Positions 1 to 12,268 of a DNA stretch of 64,000 nt are shown in pieces (within the stretch, counting starts at the first letter, position 1; each line of letters starts with the position of its first letter). The translations under genes were made by a program, and so were the position numbers. Source of the stretch: Mobula hypostoma (taxonomy: Eukaryota); contig NC_086097.1 of assembly GCF_963921235.1 (NCBI RefSeq), positions 253,148,001 through 253,212,000 of the forward strand, given 5' to 3'. Below the pieces are notes generated by a model that saw nothing but the letters and a program-made list of their open reading frames with translations, was not told where the DNA came from and did not search any database.

Positions 1-29
1 GGCTGCAATGCACCTGTTCTGAATGTTCA

Positions 30-500
30 ACGATTCAAGGTACATTTGTTGCCAAAGTACGTGTGCAGTGTACAACCTTGAGAGTAGTTTTCCTACAGAG
101 AGCCACGAAACAAAGCACCATGGAACCCGTTCAAAGAAAACATCAAACGCCCAACACACAAAAAATGAACAAATCACTCAACTGGTGAAAAAACAAACAA
201 ATGACACAGAATATTAAACATCAAACCACAGAGTCCTTGCAGTGGTCTAGGAATGTTCAGTTCAGTTCAGTACAGTGTCGTTCATTGACTTCAGGCCACA
301 AAACCAGTCCACCCCAAGCAATAAAAAAGGAGTAACTAGAAACCAGAAACACATCACAACATGAACTACATATCCTCTAAAGACAAGCTCAATCCACAAA
401 CTACACCGATCAAACCTTGCCCAGGATCCAAGACTCCAGCGCCTTCCTCCAACAGCAACAACAGAGGGAGAAAATGATCGGTCAAAGGCAGGCAGATGGA
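30..500 (-). mobile_element. Non-autonomous retroelement fragment (Rex1/L2-type 3' tail family)
   Basis: Similar to 12375-12815, 39590-40408 and 43320-44080 (shared ...acaacyctgagatt...agccacgaaac block); no coding potential. Confidence 0.45.
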
Positions 501-539
501 CATTCGCTGATGTTCTTGGAGTTTATGGTGTGCTTCTTT

Positions 540-790
540 GGGATGGTGTAAGAGGCAAAGATAGAGGAGTCAGTTTGGAAGTAAGTTGCAAAATTAAAGT
601 GGCCATCTACGGGAAATTCGGGGTTAGCCTTTTTGATTCCTCGTAAGCAACCGCCCCGACAATGAGGTAGATCTGCTACATTGGAAGCAACGCAAGTGAA
701 AAGTTTGTTCACCTCAAAGGACTCATGGGGCTCATGAATCATTGGAATCAAAGATGTGAAATAAATCAAGTACTCCTCCTGTGGATGCCC
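540..790 (-). mobile_element. Penelope-like element fragment, degenerate GIY-YIG region
   Basis: ORF 482..769 'HESFEVNKLFTCVASNV...PEFPVDGHFNF' resembles the PLE 'QSFQVRQNFICES...PVATHFNS' sequence at 57540-57600 and 46370-46400. Confidence 0.55.
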
Positions 791-1062
791 AGCAGAGTAT
801 CTGAAACAGAGAACAGTGGAGCCAAACAGCTGACCCAGGGTCAGGGAGGAAGTGGTCTGAGAGGGGAAGATAGTTGTGGTGGTGCCACCGCTCTACCGAT
901 GACCTGGGTGGTGCGATGGAGATACGTCTCTAACAAAGGAGGTGTAACGTGCTCCTTCCCTCCACTAGCCACCAAGTCATACCTGGGCAAGGTATAGCAC
1001 CTGATTAGCCCCCCCCCCCCGATTACGATCACGTGAAGCCACAGGAGCAGGTGGTGGAAGAT

Positions 1063-2357
1063 CATAAGACCATAAGATATAGGAGCAGAAGTAGGCCATT
1101 CAGCCCATCGAGTCTGCTCCGTCATTCAATCATGGCTGATCCAATTCTTCCGGTCATCTCCACTCCCCTGCTTTCACCCCATACCCTTTGATACCCTGGC
1201 TAATCAAGAACCTGTCTATCTCTGCTTTAAATACACCAAATGACTTGGCCTCCACAGCTGCTTTTGGCAACAAATTCCACAGATTTACCACACTCCACTT
1301 CTCTGTTCTAAATGGACATCATTCGATGCTGAAGTCATGCCCTCTTGTCCTAGACTCCCCTACCATAGGAAATAACTTTGCCATATCTAATCTGTTCAGG
1401 CCTTTTAATATTCAGAATGTTTCTATGAAATCCCCCCTCATTCGCCTGAACTCCAGGGAATACAGCCCAAGAGCTGCCAGACATTCCTCATACAGTAACC
1501 CTTTCATTCCTGGAATCAATCTCGTGAATCTTCTCTGAAACCTCTCCAATGTCAGTATATCCTTTCTAAAATCAGGAGCCCAAAACTGCACACAATACTC
1601 CAAGCGTGGTCTCACGAGTGCCTTATAGAGCCTCAACATCACATCCCTGCTCTTATACTCTATACCTCTAGAAATGAATGCCAACGTTGCATTCGCTTTC
1701 TTCACAACCGACTCAACCTGGAGGTTAACCTTTAGGGTGTCCTGCACAAGGACTACCAAGTCCCTTTGCATCTCTGCATTTTGAATTCTCTCCCCATCTA
1801 AATAATAGTCTGCTTGTTTATTTCTTCCACCAAAGTGCATGACCATACACTTTCCAAAATTGTATTTCATTTGCCACTTCTTTGCCCATTCCCCTAAACT
1901 ATCTAAGTCTCTCTGCAGGCTCTCTGTTTCCTCAACACTACCTGCTCCTCCATCTATCTTTGTATCATCGGCAAATTTAGCCACAAATCCATTAATATCG
2001 TAGTCCAAATTATTGACATGCATCGTAAAGAACAGCGGTTCCAACACCGACCCCTGTGGAAATCTACTGGTAACCAGCAGCCAGCCAGAATAGGATCCCT
2101 TTATTCCCACTCTCTGTTTTCTGCCGACCAGCCAAAAGCTCCACCCACGCTAGAAACTTCCCTGTAATTCTATGGGCTCTTATCTTGCCAAGTAGCCTCA
2201 TATATAGCACCTTGTCAAAAGCCTTCTGAAAATCTAAGTACACCACATGTACTACATCTCCTTTGTCTACCCTGCTTGTAATTTCCTCAAAGAATTGCAG
2301 TAGGTTTATCAGGCAGGATTTTCCTTTCAGGAAACCATGCTGGCTTTGGCCCATCTT
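1063..2357 (-). mobile_element. CR1 LINE, 3' half (RT pseudogene)
   Basis: ORFs 1412..2110 and 2064..2501 contain YLDFQKAFDKV, PQGSVL, KFADDTK and LEYCVQFW; (TCTTATGG)n tail at 1063-1080. Confidence 0.95.
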
Positions 2358-2509
2358 GGTTTCCTGGTTATGTGACCACTGACACCAGGCAGACAATCTT
2401 TGAAAAGAATTGATAATGGCTGGAGTTACCCATCTTGTAAAGACATTGCTCAGAAGAAGGCAATGGCAAATCACTTCTGTAGAAAAAATTTCCAAGAACA
2501 ATCATTCAG

Positions 2510-3041
2510 TCATGAGACCTGCTGGCTTCTGTGTCTTGCCGTCGAATGTTGATTTTCTTAGTTTCCTGAGCACATCTATTTACTAATCATTATCTTAACT
2601 AGAGCCATTAAGACCTTGTGCTTTCGGTTTAATCTTGTCAAGTTGATTGTGGCTGGCTTGTGTTTCCTGCATTCTATGACTATTTAAAGGGGTCTCTGGT
2701 TAGCTCTATATCAGTCCTACTGTGTTGGATAGATAGATCGATCTGTCTATCTATCTATCTATCTATTTAAAGGGGTCTCTGGTTAGCTCTTTAGCAGAGT
2801 CCTACTGTGTTGTAGAGAATGATTTGTCTCGCAGTGTCGCTCTGCCGAGGCTCTGTCAGTATTCCTATGTCTACCCTCTTGTTTCTGTCTCTTCACGGGG
2901 ATTCCCGGCTCTCAGGCCGCGCTGTGAGCCTGCCGTCCACTGCTCCTGGGTTAAGCTGGTGCCGGTGACCACCATGGCCGAGAGAGTCTGCCGTCCCTTT
3001 GCACTTGGGTCTAGTCCTGTGAACATGCACTGTTAGTAATG
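2510..3041 (+). mobile_element. Probable degenerate solo LTR
   Basis: TATA-like TATTTAAA; TGCACTTGGGTC near the 3' end as in the clear solo LTRs; termini and TSD not clean. Confidence 0.4.
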
Positions 3042-3494
3042 TTCAGAAAGATCGTGATTACCTGTGTCAAGTGACTCGGCACGTAATGACAACAAGAAAC
3101 CTCAGTGATGGTCCTCTGAGAGCATCTTTACTGAATAAACAGCAGCAGCACAAGAGGCAGATAAACATCACCTTCTCAGGACAATTAGAACAAACAATAT
3201 TCCTAGCCCTGCCTGTGAAGCCATTGTTCTAAAAATACTAGATAGAATGGATATGGGGAGGATGTTTCCTATGATGGGAGAGTTATAAAGCTATTGACCA
3301 GTTCCTGAGGGTGTTAAAATGAACTCCAGACATTGATGTGACCTTACTGCCTGCCTGCACCGCACTCTCCCTCTGTAACTTTATTCTGCACTCTGTAATT
3401 GTCTTTCCTTGCACTATCTCAATGCACTGTGTGAAAATGAATCAATCTGTCTGAAAGGAACAACATGCAACACCAGCCTTTCACAGAGGCATGA

Positions 3495-3708
3495 CCTTTA
3501 TTAGTCACACGTACATCGAAACATACAGTGAAATGTGTCGTTTACCTCAATGATGAACACATTCCGAGGACTGAGCTTGGGAAAGTCCGAAAAAGTAGCT
3601 ATGCTTCTGGCACCAAGATAGCCTGCTCAGAGCTTACTAACCCGAACCCCAACCCTAACCCGGGCACTCTAGCAACAGGGCAGGAAACTGGAGCACCCGG
3701 AGGAAACT
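3495..3708 (-). mobile_element. V-SINE (HE1-like) fragment
   Basis: GGAAACTGGAGCACCCGGAGGAAAC is the reverse complement of the V-domain seen at 35950-35975. Confidence 0.55.
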
Positions 3709-4112
3709 TAGTCAGCTCCATCATGGGCACTAGCCTCCACGACAACTTCAAAAGGTGATGTCTCGAAAAGGTGGCATCCACCGCAAGGACCCCATCACCC
3801 AGGACCTGCCTCTTCTCATTGCTACTGTCAGGGAGGAGGTGCAGGAAACTGAAGACACACACTCGACAATTCAGGAACACTTCTTCTCCTCTGCCATCAG
3901 ATTTCTGAATGGACATTGAGCCCACGAACACTACCACAACACTTTTTATTTCTATTTTGCACTATTAACTCAATTTAACTATGATGTATATATATGTATA
4001 TAAAGTTACTGTAATTCACACTTTTTTTCTATTATTATGTATTGCATTGCACTGCTGCCACAAAGTTTACAAATTTCACTACATACGCAGGTGATATTAA
4101 CCCCGGTTCTGA
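3709..4112 (+). mobile_element. Rex1/Babar-like LINE 3' end ((TGATTC)n-tail family)
   Basis: KDPHHPGH...SGRRY-like coding remnant followed by a 3' UTR; the same family occurs at 9455-9782 plus 11471-11520, 13260-13972 and 28200-28572. Confidence 0.75.
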
Positions 4113-4765
4113 ACCCGATCGCGGGGCGAACGTACAGACCCGATTCTGAAGCTGGTCGCGGGGCAAACGTACGGACCCGATTCTGAACCTGGTCAGGGGT
4201 GAACGTACCGACCTGATTCTGAACCCGGTCACGGGGTGAACATACAGACCCGATTCTGAATCCCGTCACGGGGCAAATGTACAGACCCGATTCTGAACCC
4301 CGGTCACAGGTGAACGTACAGACCCGATTCTGAACCCTGGTCACGGGGTGAACGTACAGACCCGATTCTGAATCCCGTCACGGGGCAAATGTACAGACCC
4401 GATTCCGAACCCCGGTCACAGGTGAACGTACAGACCCGATTCTGAACCCTGGTCACGGGGTGAACGTACAGACCCGATTCTGAACCCAGTCACGGGTGAA
4501 CGTACCAACCCAATTCCGAACCCCAGTCGCGAGGCGATCGTACCGACCCGATTCGGAAACCGGTCGCGGGGGGAACGTACCGACCCGATTCTGAACCCAG
4601 TCGCGGGGGGAATGTACCGACCCGATTCTGAATCCAGTCACAGGGTGAACGTACCGACCCGATTCCGAACCCCGGTCGCGGGGGGAATGTACCGACCCAA
4701 TTCGGAACCCGGTCGGGGGGCGAACGTACGGACCTGATTCTGAACCCTGTCACGGGTGAACATAG
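4100..4765. repeat. CpG-rich minisatellite, 37-38 bp unit, ~17-18 copies
   Basis: Unit approximately GACCCGATTCTGAACCCGGTCACGGGGTGAACGTACA; unit starts at 4247, 4284, 4321, 4359 and 4396. Confidence 0.97.
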
Positions 4766-4994
4766 ACAGCTGATTGCTGGCACTGTAAATTGTACCATGG
4801 TGCATGTGACCATAATAATCGAACTTACCAATTTCAGGTGGTGGATGTTGATGAGGAAGAGAGGTGAAGGCAGTTGGAACACTGTCCTTACTGGTGGTGC
4901 AGGAGAGGGGCTGAGGCAGACACATTAAATGGAACAAAGAAGGCTGCCAACTATTGTGAAGAGAAAACCACAATAAATATACAGACAGAAATCA

Positions 4995-5735
4995 CAGAAT
5001 AATCACAAGAGATTCTGAAGGTGCTGGAAATCCAGAGCAACAAATACAAAATGCTGAGGAGCTCAGCAGGTCAGGCAGCACCTATGGAGAGGAATGAAGA
5101 GTGGACGTTTCAGACAGAGACCCTTCATCGCGATTGGAAGGGAAGGAGGAAGGAGCCAGATTAAGAAGGTGGGGGACGGGAAGGAGTACACACTGAAAGG
5201 TGGCAGATGAGACCAGGTGAGGGGGGAGGGTGAGTGATTGGGGAGGAGCATGAAGAAAGAAGCTGGGAAGTGATAGGTGGAAGAGGTAAAGAGCAGAAGA
5301 AGAAGAAATCTGATCGGAGAGGAGAGTGGACCGGGGAGAAAGGGATGAGGGGGCTGCCAGAGGAATGTGATAGGCAGGTGAGGAGAGGAGAAGGGGTGAC
5401 AGGAGACCTGAATGGAATTAAAAAGACAGAAAGGGACAGGGGGTGTAATTTCCAGAAGTGAGAGAAATAAATGTTCATGCCATCAGATTGGAGGATACCC
5501 AGGTGGAATATGAGATGTTGCTCCTCTACCCTGAGAGTGGCCTTATGCTGGCGTCAGATGAGGCCATGGACCGACATGTTGGAGTGGAATTGTGAAGTGG
5601 TATTTAAACGGCTGGCCACTGGGAAGGTCTGTCTGTTGTTGCTGACAGAGGAAAGGTTCTCAATGAAGCAGTCCTCCAATCTACATCAGTCTTCTAATGT
5701 ACGTTGGGTTGTATTGGGAGCAATCGATACAGAAG
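4995..5735 (-). mobile_element. Penelope-like element 3' end
   Basis: Degenerate ATLRVEEQHLIF..GILQSDGMNI C-terminus, pyrimidine-rich 3' UTR and a degenerate hammerhead at ~5099-5136. Confidence 0.85.
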
Positions 5736-5749
5736 GTGACTCCCTCCCT

Positions 5750-5993
5750 TTGGAACAGAGATGAGGAGGAGGAGTGTCTTTAGCCAGAGGGTGGTGAATC
5801 TGTGGAATTGGTTGTCACAGGCAACACTGGGGAAATTTGAAGCAGAGTTTGATAGGTTCTTGATTAGTCAGGACATCAAAGCTTCTTGGGAGAATGGGTT
5901 GAGAGGAATAATAAATCAGCTTTGATGGAAAGTCAAAGCAGACTCTGATTCTACGCTGGCCTAATTCTGATCCCACAGCTTATGGTATTATGA
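5750..5993 (+). mobile_element. CR1 3' fragment
   Basis: SQRVVNLWN coding remnant and a ttatgg tail. Confidence 0.8.
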
Positions 5994-6884
5994 CCCCAAC
6001 AGACCCACAGGTCAAGTGTTCCCTCGCCTAGAAGGACTGTACAGAAGGTGCCTAATGGCCCCCGAGTGTGCATTTACACGCATTAGGAGCTTACTGTGGG
6101 GTGTTGGTCAGGGAGCAACATGCAACGAAAAACAACAACATTCAGCGATCATACAGAATAAAGAATTATACAAAAATAAAGTTTGAGGTTAAGTTACAGA
6201 CACGGAATGAAATGTGCTTAAATACATAAAAGCAGCATGTATTTTCTCTATTCCTAAACTTCGTGACATCAGGTAGAAGTTACAAGCATCTCAGGACTCA
6301 CAGCACCAGGTTCAAGAACAGATACTACCCCTCAACCATCAGGCTCTTGAACAAAAGGGGATAACTACACTCGTTTAAGGACACTTTTACCATGCTATTT
6401 CATGCTTATTGTTTATTGCTATTTATTTATATCTGCAGTTGTACAGTTTGTTGTCCATCGATCCTGTTTACAGTTACTGTTCTATAGATTTGCTAAGTAT
6501 GCCTACAGAAAATAAATCTCAGGGTTGGATTTGGTGACACGTATGTACTCTGATAATAAGTTTTACTTTGAACTTTGAACTTGCATCCCTGATGACGGAT
6601 GCTGCTTTCCTGTGACAACGCACCACGTAGACGTGCTCGATGGTGGAGAGGACTTCACCCATGATGGACTGGGCCGTATCTGTGACTTTCTGTAGGTTAG
6701 AGTGTTTGCCGCCACTGAACATGAATCTGGTTCACTGACTGTACTAAGCCGATTGACACTAGTTAAGTGTACAAGGTGGTTGTTGTACATGGTTTTGGGG
6801 GTTAGCTAATGGGACACTAGTTCAGTGTATGGAATGATGCTGTACATGTTTTTAGGGTTAGCTGACATAGCTCTCCTTTATTAA

Positions 6885-7290
6885 AAGCAACTCCGATGGA
6901 GAGGTCATGTTATCCGGATGTGTAACTCACGTCTCCCCAAACGGATCCTTTACTCCCAGGTGAAGGGTTGTCAGCAAGCCCCTGGCAGGCAAAGGAAACA
7001 CTTCAAGATCAGCCTGAAGAAATTCACCAAGACATCGAAAAACTGGGAAGACATTCCACTCAATAGGTACGCTGGAGGAAGTCTGTTCAGGAGGGAGCTG
7101 CACTACACGAGAACGATCTCCGCTGTGCCACAGGGAACAAGCGGCCGCTGTGAACAGAGAGACTGAACGACCAAAAGACCCAAACACTCACCACAGACGC
7201 CGCTTACTGGTGCCCACACTGAGCCAGAATACCTGGATCCTCTCCAGCCACCAACGGGCAACCCCTCAGGAGAACACCATACTCGACTCG
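6885..7290 (+). mobile_element. RTE-clade LINE 3' fragment
   Basis: QLRWRGHVIRMCNSRLPKRILYSQV...GRQRKHFK matches the RTE C-terminal 'LRWAGHV.RM...RLPK.ILY' motif. Confidence 0.85.
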
Positions 7291-7489
7291 AGTGGTCACA
7301 CTATTAACACATGTCAGCAGAAAACTTCACATAAAATGCAAAAAAACTCTCAGAGCTGCTTCTTGCTCAACAATGTGGTCAGCAAGAACACAGAACACAT
7401 TTCAGAGCAATTTCCTGCATTCCATAAGGCATAAACATCGAAACATAGAAAACCTACAGCACAGTACAGGCCCTTCGGCCTTAAGTCAC

Positions 7490-8340
7490 CAGAGCAGAAT
7501 TAGGCCATTCAGCCCATCGAGCCAGCTCTACCATTCCATCATAGCTGATTTATTAGCCCTCTCCTGCCTTCTCTCCGTAACCTTTGATATCCTAGTTAAT
7601 CAAGAATCTATCAACCTCCGCTTTAAATATATCCATCGACTTGGCCTCCATGGCCATCTGTGGCAATGAATTCCACAGATTCACCAGCTTCTGGCGAATC
7701 TCGTCTCTGTTCTAAATGGATGTCTCTCTGTTCTGAGAGAGTGCCCTCTGGTCTGAGACTCCCCCACTACAGGAAACATCGTCTCCACACCCACTCTATC
7801 TGTGCCCTCTGGTCCGAGACTCCCCCACTATAGGAAACATCGTATCCACACCCACTCTATCTGCGCCCTCTGGTCTGAGACTCTCCCACTATAGGAAACA
7901 TCGTATCCACACCCACTCTATCTGTGCCCTCTGGTCTGAGACTCCCCCACTACAGGAAACATCCTCTCCACACCCACTCTATCTGTGCCCTCTGGTCCTA
8001 GACTCTCCCACTATAGGAAACATCATCTCCACACCCACTCTGTCTGTGCCCTCTGGTCTGAGACTCTCCCACTATAGGAAACATTGTATCCACACCCACT
8101 CTATCTGTGCCTTCTGGTCCTAGACTCTCCCACTATAGGAAACATCGTATCCACATCCACTCTATCTGTGTCCTCTGGTCCGAGATTCCCCCACTACAGG
8201 AAACATCCTCTCCACACCCACTCTATCTGTGTTCTCTGGTCCTAGACTCCCCCACTATAGGAAACATCCTCTCCACACCCACTCTATCTGTGCCTTTCAG
8301 TATTCTTTCAGTTTCATTGCGATTCCCCCCTCATTCTTCA
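7490..8340 (-). mobile_element. CR1 3' fragment containing an internal tandem array
   Basis: CR1 3' UTR at 7490-7740; CR1 sequence resumes at 8290-8340 after the array. Confidence 0.85.
7741..8292. repeat. 61-bp minisatellite, 9 copies, CR1-derived
   Basis: Unit GTGCCCTCTGGTCTGAGACTCCCCCACTAYAGGAAACATCGTMTCCACACCCACTCTATCT starts at 7741, 7802, 7863, 7924, 7985, 8046, 8107, 8168 and 8229. Confidence 0.97.
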
Positions 8341-9782
8341 ACATTTCAACATTCAATAGGTTTCAGAACATTCTCATTATTTACGGTTTTTCTCACAACA
8401 ATTTGCTGGTAAGTGGTGCCTCTAACATGGAAAAACATGTCGAAGTGTTTAACAAGTTGTTGGGTGGAATCAAACACCTCATAAATTTGCTAATCATCAA
8501 TTCCCAGCAGGGACCACATTCAGAGTGACAGGGCTGTAGCCAGAATTCCAGACCACGGCCTCTGAACCTGAGTCCAAGATCAAGAGATTTCCCCTTGAGG
8601 AGATCACGCAGTGATTAAACTTAGCTACTAAATATAGAATCTATAAATATAGAAGGTGCAGCTCATCTATTCAATCTCTTTTGTATCCTTTGGCAATATT
8701 TCACAGAATTGTGTGGTGCTTGGTCACAGAGCTGTACAATATTACAGCTCAGCTGCAAGCCGCTTGGCCCATTTATTCGATGCCAAACTTTTAAACTGCC
8801 CAGATCCATCAGTCTGCACCTGGTTAATACCCTCCCATCAATGGATGTTGGTTACTAATTACATTAGAAGACCATAAGGCATGGGACTAGAAATAGACCA
8901 TTCGGCCCATCGAGTCTGCTCTGCATTCCATCATGGCTGATTAATTCTCTCTCTCAAATGCCATTCTCCTGCCTTCCCCCTGTAACTCATAGAGACATAG
9001 AACACAGAAACAAGCCCTCTGGCCTATCCAGTCCATGCTGAACTATTACTTTGCATGTCCCATTAACATGCACCTGGACAAAACCCTGAGGGGTATAGAC
9101 AGGGTAAATGCAAGCAGGCTTCTTCCGCTGAGATTGGGTGGTACTGCAACCAGAGGTCATGGGTTAAAGGTGAAATGTTTAAGGGGAACATGTGGAGAAC
9201 ATGGATGGTAGGGGTATGGAGGGCTATGGTCTTGGTGCAGATTTAGTAGTTTAAATGGATTTGGTATGGACTAGATGAGTGAACAGACTCTTTCTGCATG
9301 CCTATGACTACAATAAGAAGTAAAAATTACAATAAGAAATGTGTATATATATCTCCCTGTGACCACCTGGTTTCCTCTGGATGTTCTTGCTCAATACAGT
9401 GTGTAATCATTTGATCTGTATGAAGAGTATGTAACACAAACTTCCCACTCAACATCATGGATATCTTCAAAAGGCGATGCCTCATAAAGGCAGCATCCAT
9501 CGTAAAGGAGGATCTCCATCACCCAGGACATGCCCTCTCCTTATCACTGGCTCAAGGAGGAGGGACAGGAGCCTGAAGACATTTTAGGAGCAGCATCTTC
9601 CCCTCCACCACCTGAATGAACAATGAACTCATGAACACCAACAAATTATTTGGTTTTCTATTTTTTCTCGTTTTTTGCACTACTTATTTCATTTTGATAT
9701 AAATTTCTTATGGTAATTTATAGTTTTTATTATTATGTATTACACTGTACTGCTGCTGCAAAACAAGAAATTTCACAACATA

Positions 9783-11470
9783 TACTTTATACTTTATTGT
9801 TGCCAAACAATTGGTACTAGAACGTACAATCATCACAGCGATATTTGATGCTGCGCTTCCCGCTCCCTGGATTACAAATAATAAATATTAAAAATGGTAA
9901 AAATTAGTAAATATTAAAAATTTAAATTATAAACCATAAATATCAGGCGGTGAAAAAGGCGAATGGTATGCTGGCATTTATAGCGAGAGGATTCGAGTAC
10001 AGGAGCAGGGAGGTACTACTGCAGTTGTACAAGGCCTTGGTGAGACCACACCTGGAGTATTGTGTGCAGTTTTGGTCCCCTAATCTGAGGAAAGACATCC
10101 TTGCCATAGAGGGAGTACAAAGAAGGTTCACCAGATTGATTCCTGGGATGGCAGGACTTTCATATGAAGAAAGACTGGATGAACTGGGCTTGTACTCGTT
10201 GGAATTTAGAAGATTGAGGGGGGATCTGATTGAAACGTATAAAATCCTAAAGGGATTGGACAGGCTAGATGCAGGAAGATTGTTCCCAATGTTGGGGAAG
10301 TCCAGAACAAGGGGCCACAGTTTGAGGATAAAGGGGAAGCCTTTTAGGACCGAGATTAGGAAAAACTTCTTCACACAGAGAGTGGTGAATCTGTGGAATC
10401 CTCTGCCACAGGAAACAGTTGAGGCCAGTTCATTGGCTATATTTAAGAGGGAGTTAGATATGGCCCTCATGGTTATGGGGTTCAGGAGGTATGGAGGGAA
10501 AGCTGGGGCGGGGTTCTGAGTTGGATGATCAGCCATGATCATAATAAATGGCGGTGCAGGCTTGAAGGGCCGAATGGCCTACTCCTGCACCTATTTTCTA
10601 TGTTTCTATGTTAAATAGAAAATGGAAAGTAAGGTTGTGCAAAAAAGAAAACAGAGAGGAAGGTCTGGATATTTGGAGGGTACGGCCCAGATCCGGGTCA
10701 GGATCCGTTCAGCAATCTTATCACAGTTGGAAAGAAGCTGTTCCCAAATCTGGCCATACGAGTCTTCAAGCTCCTGAACCTTCTCCCAGAGGGAAGAGGG
10801 ACGAAAAGTGTGTTGGCTGGGTGGGTCGTGTCCTTGATTATCCTGGCAGCACTGCTCCGACAGTGTGCGGTGTAAAGTGAGTCCAAGGATGGAAGATTGG
10901 TTTGTGTGATGTGCTGTGCCGTGTTCATGATCTTCTGCAGCTTCTTTCAGTCTTGGACAGAACAACTTCCATACCAGGTTGTGATGCACTCTAGAAGAAT
11001 GCTTTCTACAGTGCATCTATAAAAATTAGTGAGGGTTTTAGGGGACAGGCCAAATTTCTTTAGTTTTCTCAGGAAGTAAAGGCACTGGTGGGCCTTCTTG
11101 GCAGTGAACTCTGCTTGGTTGGACCAAGTCAGGTCATTTGTGATATTGACCCCAAGGAACTTAAAGCTTTCGACCTGTTCCACTTGCGCACCACCGATGT
11201 AAATTGGGCCGTGCGGTCCGCTACTCCTTCTGAAGTCAACAACCAATTCCTTCATCTTGCTGACGTTGAGGGATAGGTTATTGTCTTCGCACCATGCCAC
11301 CAGGTTCTTAATTTCCTCTCTGTGCTCAAACTCATCACTACCTGAGATACAGCCTACAATTGTTGTGTCATCAGCAAACTTATATATTGGGTTTGATGGA
11401 AACTTGGCTACACAATCATGGGTGTACTGTGAGTACAGCAGGGGGCTGAGTACACAGCCTTGTGGGCAGT
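9783..11470 (-). mobile_element. Rex1/Babar-like LINE 3' portion ((AAGTAT)n tail), interrupted by a CR1
   Basis: ORF 10947..11474 PQGCVLSPLLYS..THDC...KFADDTTIVG; ORF 10698..10928 IIKDTTHPAN..LPSGRRFRS; the 3' UTR continues at 9783-9943; sister copies at 27128-27345 and 38932-39510. Confidence 0.9.
9944..10610 (+). mobile_element. Young 5'-truncated CR1 insertion
   Basis: Uninterrupted ORF2 C-terminus 9950..10519 and a (TTTCTATG)n tail. Confidence 0.95.
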
Positions 11471-11597
11471 ACATATGCCAGTGACATTAAACTTGATTCG
11501 GATTCGGATCCTGAATCTGACTGTGTAAGTTCCTCTGGATCTTGGTAACGTGCGATAATAAACCATTATAATGGTTTATAATGGATAATAAACCATT

Positions 11598-12268
11598 TCA
11601 GATTCCTGAAAGTTGCCTCACAGGTGGATAGGGTAGTTAAGAAAGCTTATGGAGTGTTAGCTTTCATAAGTCGAGGGATAGAGTTTAAGAGTCGCGATGT
11701 AATGATGCAGCTCTATAAAACTCTGGTTAGGCCGCACTTCGAGTACTGGGTCCAGTTCTGGTCGCCTCACTATAGGAAGGATGTGGAAGCATTGGAAAGG
11801 GTACAGAGGAGATTTACCAGGATGCTGCCTGATTTAGAAAGTATGTATTATGATCAGAGATTAAGGGAGCTAGGGCTTTACTCTTTGGAGAGAAGGAGGA
11901 TGAGAGGAGACATGATAGAGGTGTACAAGATAATAAGAGGAATAGATAGAGTGGATAGCCAGCGCCTCTTCCCCAGGGCACCACTGCTCAATACAAGAGG
12001 ACATGGCTTTAAGGTAAGGGGTGGGAAGTTCAAGGGGGATATTAGAGGAAGGTTTTTTACTCAGAGAGTGGTTAGTGCGTGGAATGCACTGCCTGAGTCA
12101 GTGGTGGAGGCAGATTCACTCGTGAAGTTTAAGAGACTACTAGACAGGTATATGGAGGAATTTAAGGTGGGGGCTTATATGGGAGGCAGGGATTGAGGGT
12201 CGGCACAACATTGTGGGCCGAAGGGCCTGTACTGTGCTGTACTATTCTATGTTCTATGTTCTATGTTC
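11598..12268 (+). mobile_element. Young 5'-truncated CR1 (second subfamily)
   Basis: Uninterrupted ORF 11624..12196 and a (TTCTATG)n tail; near-identical to 45749-46150. Confidence 0.95.

Larger units (their letters stand above)
890..3095 (+). mobile_element. RTE-tailed SINE-like element split by a CR1 (1063-2357) and an LTR-like insert (~2510-3041)
   Basis: 2452-2478 GAAGAAGGCAATGGCAAATCACTTC resembles the RTE/Bov-A motif; the pieces at 890-1062, 2358-2509 and 3042-3095 read as one interrupted element. Confidence 0.45.

Noticed and set aside
3638..3662. Interstitial telomere repeat
   Set aside because: Only about four degenerate CCCTAA-like units inside a SINE
4100..4765. CRISPR-like array
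   Set aside because: Units are contiguous with no unique spacers, there are no cas genes and the context is eukaryotic; the overlapping ORFs are repeat artefacts
7741..8292. CRISPR-like array or repeat protein
   Set aside because: The 61-bp unit is not a multiple of 3, has no spacers and derives from CR1
9943..10542. 199-aa minus-strand ORF as a gene
   Set aside because: Antisense shadow of CR1 ORF2; the same applies to most short ORFs in the track
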